Of a stretch of DNA of 60,407 nucleotides, positions 1 to 8,546 are shown one piece after another; position 1 is the stretch's first letter, and every line of letters starts with the position of its first letter. The DNA is taken from assembly GCA_002070735.1 (NCBI GenBank), contig MWDX01000003.1, forward strand, positions 1 to 60,407. The letters run 5' to 3'. Made by a program: the position numbers and the translations under genes. Under the pieces are notes generated by a model that was not told the origin of the DNA, searched no databases, and was given only the letters and a program-made list of their open reading frames with translations. The DNA comes from Parcubacteria group bacterium ADurb.Bin115. GTDB taxonomy: Bacteria; Patescibacteriota; Patescibacteriia; Patescibacteriales; UBA12465.

Positions 1-310
1 GACAATATTGTTAAAAAATATTGTTAAAGAATTTAGTGACGCCATAACCGAAGTCACCCTTGTTGCCACTAAAAAAGTACCGCGCTATCGACGATGGCCT
101 TGGCCTAAAAAAATAATTGGTGCCGAATTCAGCGCCGCCGTCCAAAGCATAATATTGCGCGGCGGAATCATTATTAAACCCCTTAATCCGCAAGCGGCCG
201 GGAAACTAAGATCACTGATAGTAAAAAGCTATGACAGCGACCATAAAGAAGTTTGGATTAACCCAATAATCACGGGGGTTGTGATTAATCTCACTAAAAT
301 TCAAAGATAA
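1..310 (+). CDS. hypothetical protein, probably the 3' end of a gene that starts left of the window
   Basis: The frame is open from nt 2, with no in-frame stop before the listed TTG at 8. No recognisable motif. A hairpin terminator follows directly. Confidence 0.45.
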   Translation, partial: TILLKNIVKEFSDAITEVTLVATKKVPRYRRWPWPKKIIGAEFSAAVQSIILRGGIIIKPLNPQAAGKLRSLIVKSYDSDHKEVWINPIITGVVINLTKIQR

Positions 311-316
311 TAAATG

Positions 317-357
317 TCCCCGGCAGATGCCTATGCGTTGCCGGGGATTATTTTATT
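317..357 (+). terminator. rho-independent terminator
   Basis: The stem CCCCGGCA (317-324) pairs with TGCCGGGG (339-346) and is followed by ATTATTTTATT. Confidence 0.6.
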
Positions 358-492
358 AAGGGAAGTAAGAAAGGTATAACAAAAAGCTTAATTAATCAGC
401 TTTTTCTGTATTACTATACTTCGCATAATGTATATTAATACACATATAAATAAACAGGCTTGCAAAGATAGCCTCAGAGCAGATATGTCTGA

Positions 493-633
493 TTAATAGA
501 TGGTTAACCCCAATAATTGTATCTGGGGGGTAAACATTAAAATTATTTTAAGAATCAGTAAAAACACGCCGATGCTAATTAGGGAAAATAAAAAAACGGC
601 AAAACCAAAAAGAAATTTAAAAGTTGTTTCCAT
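493..633 (-). CDS. small hydrophobic peptide (46 aa), possible membrane protein
   Basis: Manual translation gives METTFKFLFGFAVFLFSLISIGVFLLILKIILMFTPQIQLLGLTIY. It has an ATG start 11 nt after the ftsQ stop on the same strand and one predicted TM helix. It is below the ORF-track length cutoff and has no clear SD. Confidence 0.3.
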   Translation of the reverse strand: METTFKFLFGFAVFLFSLISIGVFLLILKIILMFTPQIQLLGLTIY

Positions 634-644
634 ATATTTTGAAA

Positions 645-1538
645 TTATTTAAAATAAGCGCGATCACCATAACGTAAATCTATATATTCCAAGCCTTTAA
701 AATATTCATCACCTTTATCTTGTTTAATAACTGACAACTTTTTCAACTGTTTATCTAAATCATCTTTAATGTTGAAAAAGATATTAGGGCCACCATTAAG
801 TTTTATCTGCAAGGTATTAAAAGCGCCATCCAAGACAAATTCTTGTAAATTTAATCCTGGGAACTCTTTTAATTTATCATACAAGGTAAAAACAGCCTGG
901 AGATAAGCAACCTCTAGTGACAAGCAATTGTTTTGACCAAGGTACTCCTTGGTGCCGGTAGCCGTTAATACGGGATAAGTTTTAAGGTCTTCATCTCTTA
1001 CTGACACCTCTTTTATTAAACAACCGTGACTATCGCTAAAACTACGCCCCTGACTATCCTGCCAGATAAAGGATAAACTTCGTTCGCCGACACTGATAAC
1101 CAGTGTCTGTGGCCATTGCTTATAAACACGAACGGAATCAAAGCTAAAGTTATTTAATAAAGTTTCACGCAAAGCGTCAACGTTAAAAAATAAAAGATTA
1201 TTTTGTTTAAAAATGGCACTCCGCTTCAACTGCGCCTGCTGCCAGGCGGCATCACTCAGCTGATTTTCAGCAATACGACTAACACCGCTGACTTTTATCT
1301 GTTTTAAAGTAAAAATACCAGAAGCAAAGAAAAGATACAACAAGAGGGACAAAGATAATAAGATGATAACCAGAAAAAACCAAAAACGACGTTTTCTCTT
1401 TTTTTTGCCAGTTGCTTTTTTCTCTGCGCGCTTATGAAAAAAGGGATTATGCAAATTTTTATGCTGATAATCTTTTTTTACGCAGTTAAACTTCTTTGCC
1501 CGGCGAGCAAGATATGGACTAGACTTCCCTGCCATCAT
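645..1538 (-). CDS. ftsQ: cell division protein FtsQ/DivIB-like (POTRA domain)
   Basis: It has a basic cytoplasmic tail, a single TM helix (FWFFLVIILLSLSLLLYLFF), then a POTRA-like segment (FTLKQIKVSGVSRI...). It is adjacent to alr. Confidence 0.7.
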   Translation of the reverse strand: MMAGKSSPYLARRAKKFNCVKKDYQHKNLHNPFFHKRAEKKATGKKKRKRRFWFFLVIILLSLSLLLYLFFASGIFTLKQIKVSGVSRIAENQLSDAAWQQAQLKRSAIFKQNNLLFFNVDALRETLLNNFSFDSVRVYKQWPQTLVISVGERSLSFIWQDSQGRSFSDSHGCLIKEVSVRDEDLKTYPVLTATGTKEYLGQNNCLSLEVAYLQAVFTLYDKLKEFPGLNLQEFVLDGAFNTLQIKLNGGPNIFFNIKDDLDKQLKKLSVIKQDKGDEYFKGLEYIDLRYGDRAYFK

Positions 1539-1553
1539 AAATTAAATTTATTA

Positions 1554-2702
1554 TCAAACTATTATTTTTCTAATATTAGCCTGAAATTTTACCAATAGTT
1601 CATAGGGGGTGCTTCCCTGTAGGCGCGCTAAATTTTCTAAAGAATTAAAATCATGACGATTGGGAGAAATTAAAACAACTTCGCTGCCCACACCCACTTC
1701 TTCCCCGTTGCCCACATCCAAGCAAGATAAATTCATACAGACTTGACCAACTAATTTAACGCTAATTTTTTTATTAGCGGATAAAAGCTGAAATGAAGCT
1801 AAATTAGATAAACGGCGATCAAGGCCCTCATAATAACCAAAAGGAATCACGGCAATTTTTGTATCTCTTTCCGCGCGATAACTGGCGTTATAAGAAACGG
1901 TTTCTCCGCTACTAAGGGACTGGATTGATACAATTGTAGTAACTAAACGCAAGGCCGGACGTAAATTTTGAGCACGCTGATAATGCGGACTCTCTGCGGT
2001 AAAAGGATTATAGCCATAAATAGCCAAACCTGGCCTAAAAGCGTTTAAGCGGTTATCTGATAAAGCCAATACTCCAGCGCTATTTCCTAAATGTACAAAA
2101 ACTGGATAGCAGGAATGCTGATGTAAAAACTCTAAATCTTGAAAAAATTTTTTCTCTTGCCGGCGATTAGATTCGCCATCTCCTTCGGCCGCCAACAAGT
2201 GTGAACACAAGCCAACAATTTTCACCCGGGAAAGATAATCCTTATATTCCTGCCAAAAAGCAGATAAATTTTTAATACCTTCGCGATTCATGCCAGAATT
2301 AACAAACAGATGGATACGTGCTTTAACCCCTAAAGAAGCTATTGCCTTTAAAGTCTCACCATTATAGACACAAACTTCCGTTCGCGACCAATTAAGATAG
2401 CGGTAAGCGGCAATAGGCATCTCTCCGATTAATAGAATTCTTCTCCGAAAATAGCGATAAGCTATCTGCGCCTCAGGGAAAGAATCGATGGCTATAGTTT
2501 CAACCGAAGATTGATTGAGAATAGAGCAAATTTCTTTCAAACCATGACCATAGGCATTAGATTTTAGAACAGGAATCATCACCGCTTGAGGCTGTTGCGC
2601 CTGCAAAAAATTGAGATTATACAAAATTGCCTCTGAATCTATCTCCAAGCGGTTCAGCGTTTGATATTTGGGCTTTAATAATTGTCTTAAATAATTAATC
2701 AT
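1554..2702 (-). CDS. alr: alanine racemase
   Basis: It carries the PLP-lysine motif VLKSNAYGHGL and shows full-length Alr-like collinearity. I chose the internal ATG (MINYLRQ...) because it is preceded by GGAGAATAAG and removes the overlap with the upstream gene. Confidence 0.9.
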   Translation of the reverse strand: MINYLRQLLKPKYQTLNRLEIDSEAILYNLNFLQAQQPQAVMIPVLKSNAYGHGLKEICSILNQSSVETIAIDSFPEAQIAYRYFRRRILLIGEMPIAAYRYLNWSRTEVCVYNGETLKAIASLGVKARIHLFVNSGMNREGIKNLSAFWQEYKDYLSRVKIVGLCSHLLAAEGDGESNRRQEKKFFQDLEFLHQHSCYPVFVHLGNSAGVLALSDNRLNAFRPGLAIYGYNPFTAESPHYQRAQNLRPALRLVTTIVSIQSLSSGETVSYNASYRAERDTKIAVIPFGYYEGLDRRLSNLASFQLLSANKKISVKLVGQVCMNLSCLDVGNGEEVGVGSEVVLISPNRHDFNSLENLARLQGSTPYELLVKFQANIRKIIV

Positions 2703-2703
2703 C

Positions 2704-3780
2704 TTATTCTCCAACTTTTCCCTGCCCGTGATTAATAGGATCATCAGGCAAAGAGGAATCTAAATCTGATAAAGAACCGGAAATTTCTACACCCGTCAAT
2801 AAATCTTTGGCACGATACTGAAGTTTAGTCAAGAGTGGAGCATTTTGCCCTATTTGATCGATAGTCGGCGTTAACACTAAAACGAAATTAGCAATATAAT
2901 CGCCGCCAGTGGCCGCTAAAGAATCTAACTGCCAAACCAAAAGTCTTGAATCAGGATTATAGCTTGATTTTCCGGCCAAAAGACTTTGTTCCTCACCTAA
3001 TTCGACGCCTCTGGGTAATTTAGCGCTGAAAACTAAATTTTCCAAATCATTGCCCTGGTTTAAAGCTTTAATAATCAACCAGTATTTAGTGGGCACCCCG
3101 ATGATTGGCGGCACCGGACCAATGCCCAGCTGATCGCCCTGAGGGCTATGAAAATAGACGGATGCTTTCAGTTTTAAGTCGCTTAAGATATTAATAGCGG
3201 GCCAAGATAATTCTTTAAAAGAAGACAGACCTCCAGCATATGCCTTGGTTATTAATTTACCTTTTAGAGTTCTGGGAAAATCTTTTTTTTCTGTTCGCCA
3301 AGATGCTTGAAGCAGTAAATCACCCTCTTCACCGATAGAAATTTCTTTCAGGCTAATTTTATCGCCGTCTAAAGACAGATTATGATTAAGACTATCTTCG
3401 GCCTTTATTATTTTTAAACTAAAAGCGGCACTGTCAAAATCTAAACTAAAATCCAAATTATCAATCTTCACGTTGCCGTTATTACGATAATGGATACGCC
3501 ATTCTAAATTATTACCGATTTCAATATAATTTTTTTCTTGGTAAATCTCTGTTTGAATATCGAGAATACGTCCGTCTTGGCCACCATTCAATTGATGAAG
3601 GCTAGTATTTAGAGAACTGATAACGCCCGGTTTATACAAAGCTAAACGCAAAGAGATGCCGATAAGCAACAAAATTAATATAACCAAAGAAATATCTAAA
3701 ACTAGATGCCAGCGATTTCGGCGATAAAATTTTTCTTGGCGGCGATACCACCAGCGGGAAATAAATTTAGAAAATTTCAT
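2704..3780 (-). CDS. membrane-anchored hypothetical protein with beta-rich repeat-type ectodomain
   Basis: It has an N-terminal TM helix (LVLDISLVILILLLIGISL). Its C-terminal ~150 aa are clearly similar to the C-terminus of the 667-aa protein at 39907..41910. Confidence 0.65.
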   Translation of the reverse strand: MKFSKFISRWWYRRQEKFYRRNRWHLVLDISLVILILLLIGISLRLALYKPGVISSLNTSLHQLNGGQDGRILDIQTEIYQEKNYIEIGNNLEWRIHYRNNGNVKIDNLDFSLDFDSAAFSLKIIKAEDSLNHNLSLDGDKISLKEISIGEEGDLLLQASWRTEKKDFPRTLKGKLITKAYAGGLSSFKELSWPAINILSDLKLKASVYFHSPQGDQLGIGPVPPIIGVPTKYWLIIKALNQGNDLENLVFSAKLPRGVELGEEQSLLAGKSSYNPDSRLLVWQLDSLAATGGDYIANFVLVLTPTIDQIGQNAPLLTKLQYRAKDLLTGVEISGSLSDLDSSLPDDPINHGQGKVGE

Positions 3781-3790
3781 ATATTTTATA

Positions 3791-5641
3791 TTAAAAACCC
3801 TTAATGCCCACAGCTATTTCCGGCTGTCCTGATTGCTCGGAAAAACCGACACTCACGCCGTCTTTAAAATCTTCACTGTAAGCAAAAAAACTAGATATCA
3901 CCTGGCCATCATGGTTAAAAATTCTGACATGAGGACCACCGCCCGGTCCGGCACCAGTGATTATTTCATCTTTGCCATCGCCATTAATATCGCCGGCCGC
4001 GACGTTAACGCCACCGCGAAAATTTTTATCATAAGCAAAAAAATTTAACAAAACTTTACCCTCAAAAGAAAAAACCATAACTTGAGGACCACCGCCTTTA
4101 CCGGCGCCAATAATAATCTCCATTTGACCATCGCCATTAATATCGCCAGCCGCTAATGATATCTTCCCCTTAAATCCAGGCGCGAAAGGCTGTAGCGACC
4201 AGATATTTTGGCCATGGCGCTGGCGGAAAAGTTTGCCATCACTGCTAAAAATATAGTCGTTATCGCCATCATTTAAAAAATCATCAACTAGAATTTCACT
4301 GCCGGAAGGCAAGGAACTTAAATAAGAAAAGAAGCCATGGCGCACCTGGGCGCCGTCCGAATTAAATATTCTCAAAAATCCTCCGTTGGTGAAGCCACTT
4401 CCCCGCCAAACCGCTAATTTTTTTAAAAGAATAACACCGTCTTTAGGATTAAGCCTTATAAAATTTATCTTCAAACCATTATTAATTTCCGGCGCCTGCG
4501 TCCCCTTAATTTTTTCAAACTCCTCTTTGGCAAAAGAAAAACTTTGCACCTTGTCTGTAGAATTAACGATGGTCAGCCCATTTTTAAAATCTCGCCGCCA
4601 CAGACCCGCTTGCCAATCGGTTTGGCCGCCATTTAAAAGATTGTAAGCACCAGACTGAGCGCTACCAAGATTCACATTATATTCGTCATACCACCAAGTT
4701 TGGCCGTGATTAGTCACATCATAATCAAAACTATAATAACCATTGCCTAAAAGAGCGCTGGAAAATCCATAACGAAAATTCTGGTAATCTTCTTGATTTT
4801 TATGATAAACGTTTATAACCGTCGTTTGTGGCTGGACATTTAAACGGCTAAGCTTTTCATAAGACTCCATTGAACCGGTCCAAGTGCCGCCATTTTCCCA
4901 AGAAGAAGGAAAACCTTCAAACATCATACCGTTGATTATATTTTGATACGGCCAATAAATACGGCCATTACCCATTATAATAAACTGACTGCCGCACAAT
5001 TCTCTGGTAAAGCGCAACATTTTAGCCACTCCTTCCGCCCACAAACTATTGGCCACTAAAGAAGTTTCGCGTTGGCCGTCATTATCAAAATCAAGATTAC
5101 CGCCATTGACCCAGGCGATGTCTCCCCAGAGGTTGTCATAAAAAACTCCATCCCAAAGACCGCTAGACTGCAAACGTTCATGAATAAACTTTGGCAATAA
5201 TTCATTGAATTTCCAGCCCTCTCCATTTTTGGAAGCGCGCTCGCTAAGATTAAGCATTGAAGTAAAAGGCCAATTAACCACCGCCCTTCCCTGCTCATCC
5301 TTCAGGTACCAATAACTTGGAATTTTTGAAGCTAATTCCTGGCGCAACCAAGCATTATTATAATCTTCAGGATTATCAATTATTTCCTGGGAAGTAATAT
5401 AGGCTAATATTTTAACATCAGGATTTAAAGTTCTTATCTGGCGAATTAACTCTGGATTATTTTCCTGATTTTCCATGTCAAGAATAAGCAAATCCCAGCG
5501 AGCTAATTCCTTGGCTTCCGTTTCCGTCATCTCCCACTTGAGAAAATAATTAGCCAGGCGAGGATAAGACTCGCTCGCCGCCGCCAGGCGAGGCCAACAA
5601 AACAGAAACGTCAAAACAATAAGAGAAATGCGTAAATACAT
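3791..5641 (-). CDS. secreted protein: glycoside-hydrolase-like TIM-barrel N-domain plus FG-GAP/VCBS repeats
   Basis: It has a signal peptide (LIVLTFLFCWPRLAAA). The C-terminal repeats carry AAGDINGDGxxEIIxGAGxGGGPxV, typical of FG-GAP. The N-terminal 400 aa resemble putative GHL-type hydrolases, which is a weak call. Confidence 0.7.
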   Translation of the reverse strand: MYLRISLIVLTFLFCWPRLAAASESYPRLANYFLKWEMTETEAKELARWDLLILDMENQENNPELIRQIRTLNPDVKILAYITSQEIIDNPEDYNNAWLRQELASKIPSYWYLKDEQGRAVVNWPFTSMLNLSERASKNGEGWKFNELLPKFIHERLQSSGLWDGVFYDNLWGDIAWVNGGNLDFDNDGQRETSLVANSLWAEGVAKMLRFTRELCGSQFIIMGNGRIYWPYQNIINGMMFEGFPSSWENGGTWTGSMESYEKLSRLNVQPQTTVINVYHKNQEDYQNFRYGFSSALLGNGYYSFDYDVTNHGQTWWYDEYNVNLGSAQSGAYNLLNGGQTDWQAGLWRRDFKNGLTIVNSTDKVQSFSFAKEEFEKIKGTQAPEINNGLKINFIRLNPKDGVILLKKLAVWRGSGFTNGGFLRIFNSDGAQVRHGFFSYLSSLPSGSEILVDDFLNDGDNDYIFSSDGKLFRQRHGQNIWSLQPFAPGFKGKISLAAGDINGDGQMEIIIGAGKGGGPQVMVFSFEGKVLLNFFAYDKNFRGGVNVAAGDINGDGKDEIITGAGPGGGPHVRIFNHDGQVISSFFAYSEDFKDGVSVGFSEQSGQPEIAVGIKGF

Positions 5642-5646
5642 GAATA

Positions 5647-6909
5647 TTAAATCTTAGAATCATCCGGAAAAATAAATTCAGGCGCTCCCGGTAAATAGGG
5701 ACGAAGAACCTCTGGAATCCGCACTGAGCCATCCAGTTGCTGATTTTGTTCTAAAATTGCTGGCAACAGACGACTAGTGGCTAGACCAGAAGCATTAAGG
5801 GTGTGCACAAAAATATTTTCCCCCTCCTTGTTTTTATAGCGAGTCTGACCGCGTCTAGCTTGATAATCTAAAGCATTGGAAATACTGCTCACCTCTTTAT
5901 ATATACCCATACTCGGCAACCAGACTTCTAAATCATAAGTTTTGGCCATCGCCGCGCTGCAGTCACCCGCCGCTAACTTTGATAACTGATAATGCAAACC
6001 CAGCCCCTCAACTAAGGCTTGAGCGTTTTTAACTAATTCATCAAACATTTTCCAAGAATCTGACGGTTCGCAGAAAATAAACATTTCAATTTTATTAAAC
6101 TGGTGCCCCCGGACCATACCCCTTTCCTCTTGGCGATAACTACCGGCTTCACGCCGGAAACAAGGAGAATAAGCAAAATAACGTAAGGGTAAATGACTTA
6201 AAGGCAAAATCTCTTCCCGATGATAATTACCGAGCATCATCTCGCTGGTTGCGTTTAAGCAAAGATTATCCTGAGTCCAGAACAAATCATCTCTAAATTT
6301 TGGCAAATGACCAGAAGTATAAGCGGATTTTTCGGTAAGCATAAATGGCGGAATTAAAAATTGATATCCGTTTTTGTTATGAAAGGCGATAAAGTATGAC
6401 AGCAAGGCCCATTCCAATAGAGCCCCCCAGCCGCGGTAACACCAAAAGCCGTTACCAGACATTTTAGCGGCTCGAGCATAATCAATAATGCCTAAACTCT
6501 CAGCCAAAGAAACGTGATCTTTAAAAGGAAAACTGAAATCAGGTTGTTGCCCAAAAGTGTAAATAACCTCATTATTTTCTTTGCCGCCCGCCAAAACATC
6601 ATCTGCCGGAATATTAGGCAAAGCGGCTAAACTTGCCTGAAGACGAGATTCTACTTCCCGCAAACTCGCTTCGACTGATTTGATCTTTTCCCCCAAAATC
6701 TTCATAGCGGCAATCGTGGCATCATCGGGCTTAGATTTTGAATTTTGATTACGCTCTGCCTTTAAGGCTTCGCTTGCCTGCAACAAATCACGCCGCTTAT
6801 CATCCAGGCTTAAAATTGACTCCAAATCAAGCTTATCCGCTTCCATCCTTTTTAAAAGCGCCTTTTGTACTTCTTCTAAATTCTCTCTGATATATTTAAC
6901 ATCCAGCAT
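5647..6909 (-). CDS. serS: seryl-tRNA synthetase
   Basis: It has an N-terminal coiled-coil arm (MLDVKYIRENLEEV...) and class II motifs (FRREAGS, GLATSR). Confidence 0.95.
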   Translation of the reverse strand: MLDVKYIRENLEEVQKALLKRMEADKLDLESILSLDDKRRDLLQASEALKAERNQNSKSKPDDATIAAMKILGEKIKSVEASLREVESRLQASLAALPNIPADDVLAGGKENNEVIYTFGQQPDFSFPFKDHVSLAESLGIIDYARAAKMSGNGFWCYRGWGALLEWALLSYFIAFHNKNGYQFLIPPFMLTEKSAYTSGHLPKFRDDLFWTQDNLCLNATSEMMLGNYHREEILPLSHLPLRYFAYSPCFRREAGSYRQEERGMVRGHQFNKIEMFIFCEPSDSWKMFDELVKNAQALVEGLGLHYQLSKLAAGDCSAAMAKTYDLEVWLPSMGIYKEVSSISNALDYQARRGQTRYKNKEGENIFVHTLNASGLATSRLLPAILEQNQQLDGSVRIPEVLRPYLPGAPEFIFPDDSKI

Positions 6910-6933
6910 ATTAACTGATTTTAAAATTATGAA

Positions 6934-8526
6934 TTATAAAACTTCCGCGCCAAAATTTTCCATTAATCCCCCTAAAACGCCGCCCGGTTTTTTTGTTTCC
7001 GTAATGGGCGCGGCGGCAACATCGGTCGGTCCGGCGGCAACAGGCATGTCTGTGCCCAACTCTAAATTTTCATCCAATAACGCTTCAATCGTCACCCTAC
7101 CCTGAAAAACCTCCGCTAAGGTTTCCTCCATTATCGCCTTAATTGAGGGATCGAGAAGGCGGTCACGATGAAATTTATATTTAAAGCGTAAAGAGATAAG
7201 ACCGGATTTTAAAGCTAAGGGTATACAATTCTGTAAAACAAAAAATAAAGAATGATTATGTTTTTTTATCTTAATCAATATTTCCGGCCACCGAGCCGCT
7301 ACCTCCGCTTCATTCAAATCAGCCGCTATTATTGGCGGTGCGTCCACCGCCCTCTCCTTGGGTGTTGAGGCCTCCTTGACTAAAGACGCCGTCGGGCGGT
7401 TGCTGGCGTTATTCACAGATGATTTATCATCCGACCCCGCCTTAAGACAGAGTTCAACCACGGCCATTTCAAAAGGAAGCTGAGGAATAGAGGCGGATTT
7501 TTCTTGAGATAATTCCAAAAAACGACGCAGGATGCGTAAGCAAGCGGCTAAAGGTAATTCCGCCGATAAGTGGCTTATGCGTAATTCCAGTGATTCTCCA
7601 AAATCCAAACCCAATTTTTCTGCTAATCCCGGCTGAACGGATTGCAACATGATTTTCCTTAAAATTAAAAGTATTTCCTCTAAAAAATTCTTAAAATTAA
7701 CACCATTATCAGCCAACTGATTAATTAAAGACACCGCCCCGCCTGGGTTTTTTTTAGCCAAAAAATCAAGCAAATCCAAGGCTTCCTGATTGTGATGTCG
7801 AGGCAAAATTAGCTCCACCTCTTCTACTCCTATCTTTTTTTCACCCAAAGCTAACACTTGTCCCAAAAGACTCTCGGCATCACGCAAATACCCTCCTGAT
7901 TGGCGAGCAATATCTTCTAAAACTTCGCGACTAATTTCTATTTTTTCTTGAGAAGCGATAAAACTTAATTTTTTTACGATTTCCGCCGGACTGATGCGCT
8001 TGAAATCAAAACGCTGGCACCGAGAAATAATTGTCGCCGGCACTTTATGAACCTCCGTGGTACAAAGAATGAAGAGTACCTGCTTCGGCGGCTCTTCAAT
8101 AATTTTTAATAAGGCATTAAAAGCCGACAAAGAGAGCATGTGCACTTCGTCGATAATAAAAACCCGCATTTTCCCGCTAGGTGCCAAACGGGCAGAAGCA
8201 ATAATATTTTCACGAACATTATCCACGCCGGTATTGGAAGCAGCGTCTATTTCCATGACATCCAGCGATTGCCCCCGCCTAATACTAAGACAGGCGGCGC
8301 ACTCTCCACAGGGTTCAGACTCCCCCGACTTTCGTCGCTCGCAATTTACCGCTTGAGCCAAAACACGAGCCATGCTTGTTTTGCCGACGGCCCGTGGACC
8401 GCAAAAAAGATAAGCTTGACCGAGCTTTGCGTCAGCTAATTCATTCTGAAGGGTAATTTTCAAATGATTCTGCCCTAAAATATCGGCAAATTTTTGGGGA
8501 CGATAATCACGATAAAGTGTCGGCAT
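6934..8526 (-). CDS. dnaX: DNA polymerase III subunit gamma/tau
   Basis: It starts YRPQKF..., has Walker A GPRAVGKTS, the zinc module CGECAAC, Walker B IIDEVHML and sensor SRCQRF. Confidence 0.93.
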   Translation of the reverse strand: MPTLYRDYRPQKFADILGQNHLKITLQNELADAKLGQAYLFCGPRAVGKTSMARVLAQAVNCERRKSGESEPCGECAACLSIRRGQSLDVMEIDAASNTGVDNVRENIIASARLAPSGKMRVFIIDEVHMLSLSAFNALLKIIEEPPKQVLFILCTTEVHKVPATIISRCQRFDFKRISPAEIVKKLSFIASQEKIEISREVLEDIARQSGGYLRDAESLLGQVLALGEKKIGVEEVELILPRHHNQEALDLLDFLAKKNPGGAVSLINQLADNGVNFKNFLEEILLILRKIMLQSVQPGLAEKLGLDFGESLELRISHLSAELPLAACLRILRRFLELSQEKSASIPQLPFEMAVVELCLKAGSDDKSSVNNASNRPTASLVKEASTPKERAVDAPPIIAADLNEAEVAARWPEILIKIKKHNHSLFFVLQNCIPLALKSGLISLRFKYKFHRDRLLDPSIKAIMEETLAEVFQGRVTIEALLDENLELGTDMPVAAGPTDVAAAPITETKKPGGVLGGLMENFGAEVL

Positions 8527-8546
8527 ATCTTAAAAATTAATATCAA

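Noticed and set aside
311-644. I searched intergenic regions over 70 nt for tRNA, rRNA, tmRNA, SRP RNA or CRISPR repeats. The regions were 311-644, 12832-13104, 23640-23839, 30878-31107, 33862-34128, 38634-38749 and 56233-56426.
   Set aside because: By eye I found no cloverleaf-compatible sequence with a GTTCGAATC-type T-loop, no rRNA-like conserved blocks and no regularly spaced direct repeats. A tRNAscan-SE, Infernal and CRISPR-finder run would be needed to be definitive.
1554-2744. The ORF track gives longer N-terminal extensions for alr, gap, sod, the histidine phosphatase, the PPIase, the PSP1 protein and cysS.
   Set aside because: The extensions begin at TTG or upstream ATG codons. They overlap the preceding gene or add residues before the conserved N-terminal motif. 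Internal ATG starts restore family-typical N-termini and tidy gene spacing.
7747-7758. The run of eight A residues in dnaX (GCT AAA AAA AAC, an A_AAA_AAC-type slippery site) might be a programmed frameshift site producing a gamma subunit.
   Set aside because: It lies at codons 258-260, far upstream of the end of domain III. The -1 frame stops after about 10 codons, giving a product too short to function as a clamp-loader subunit. I saw no downstream stimulatory hairpin.
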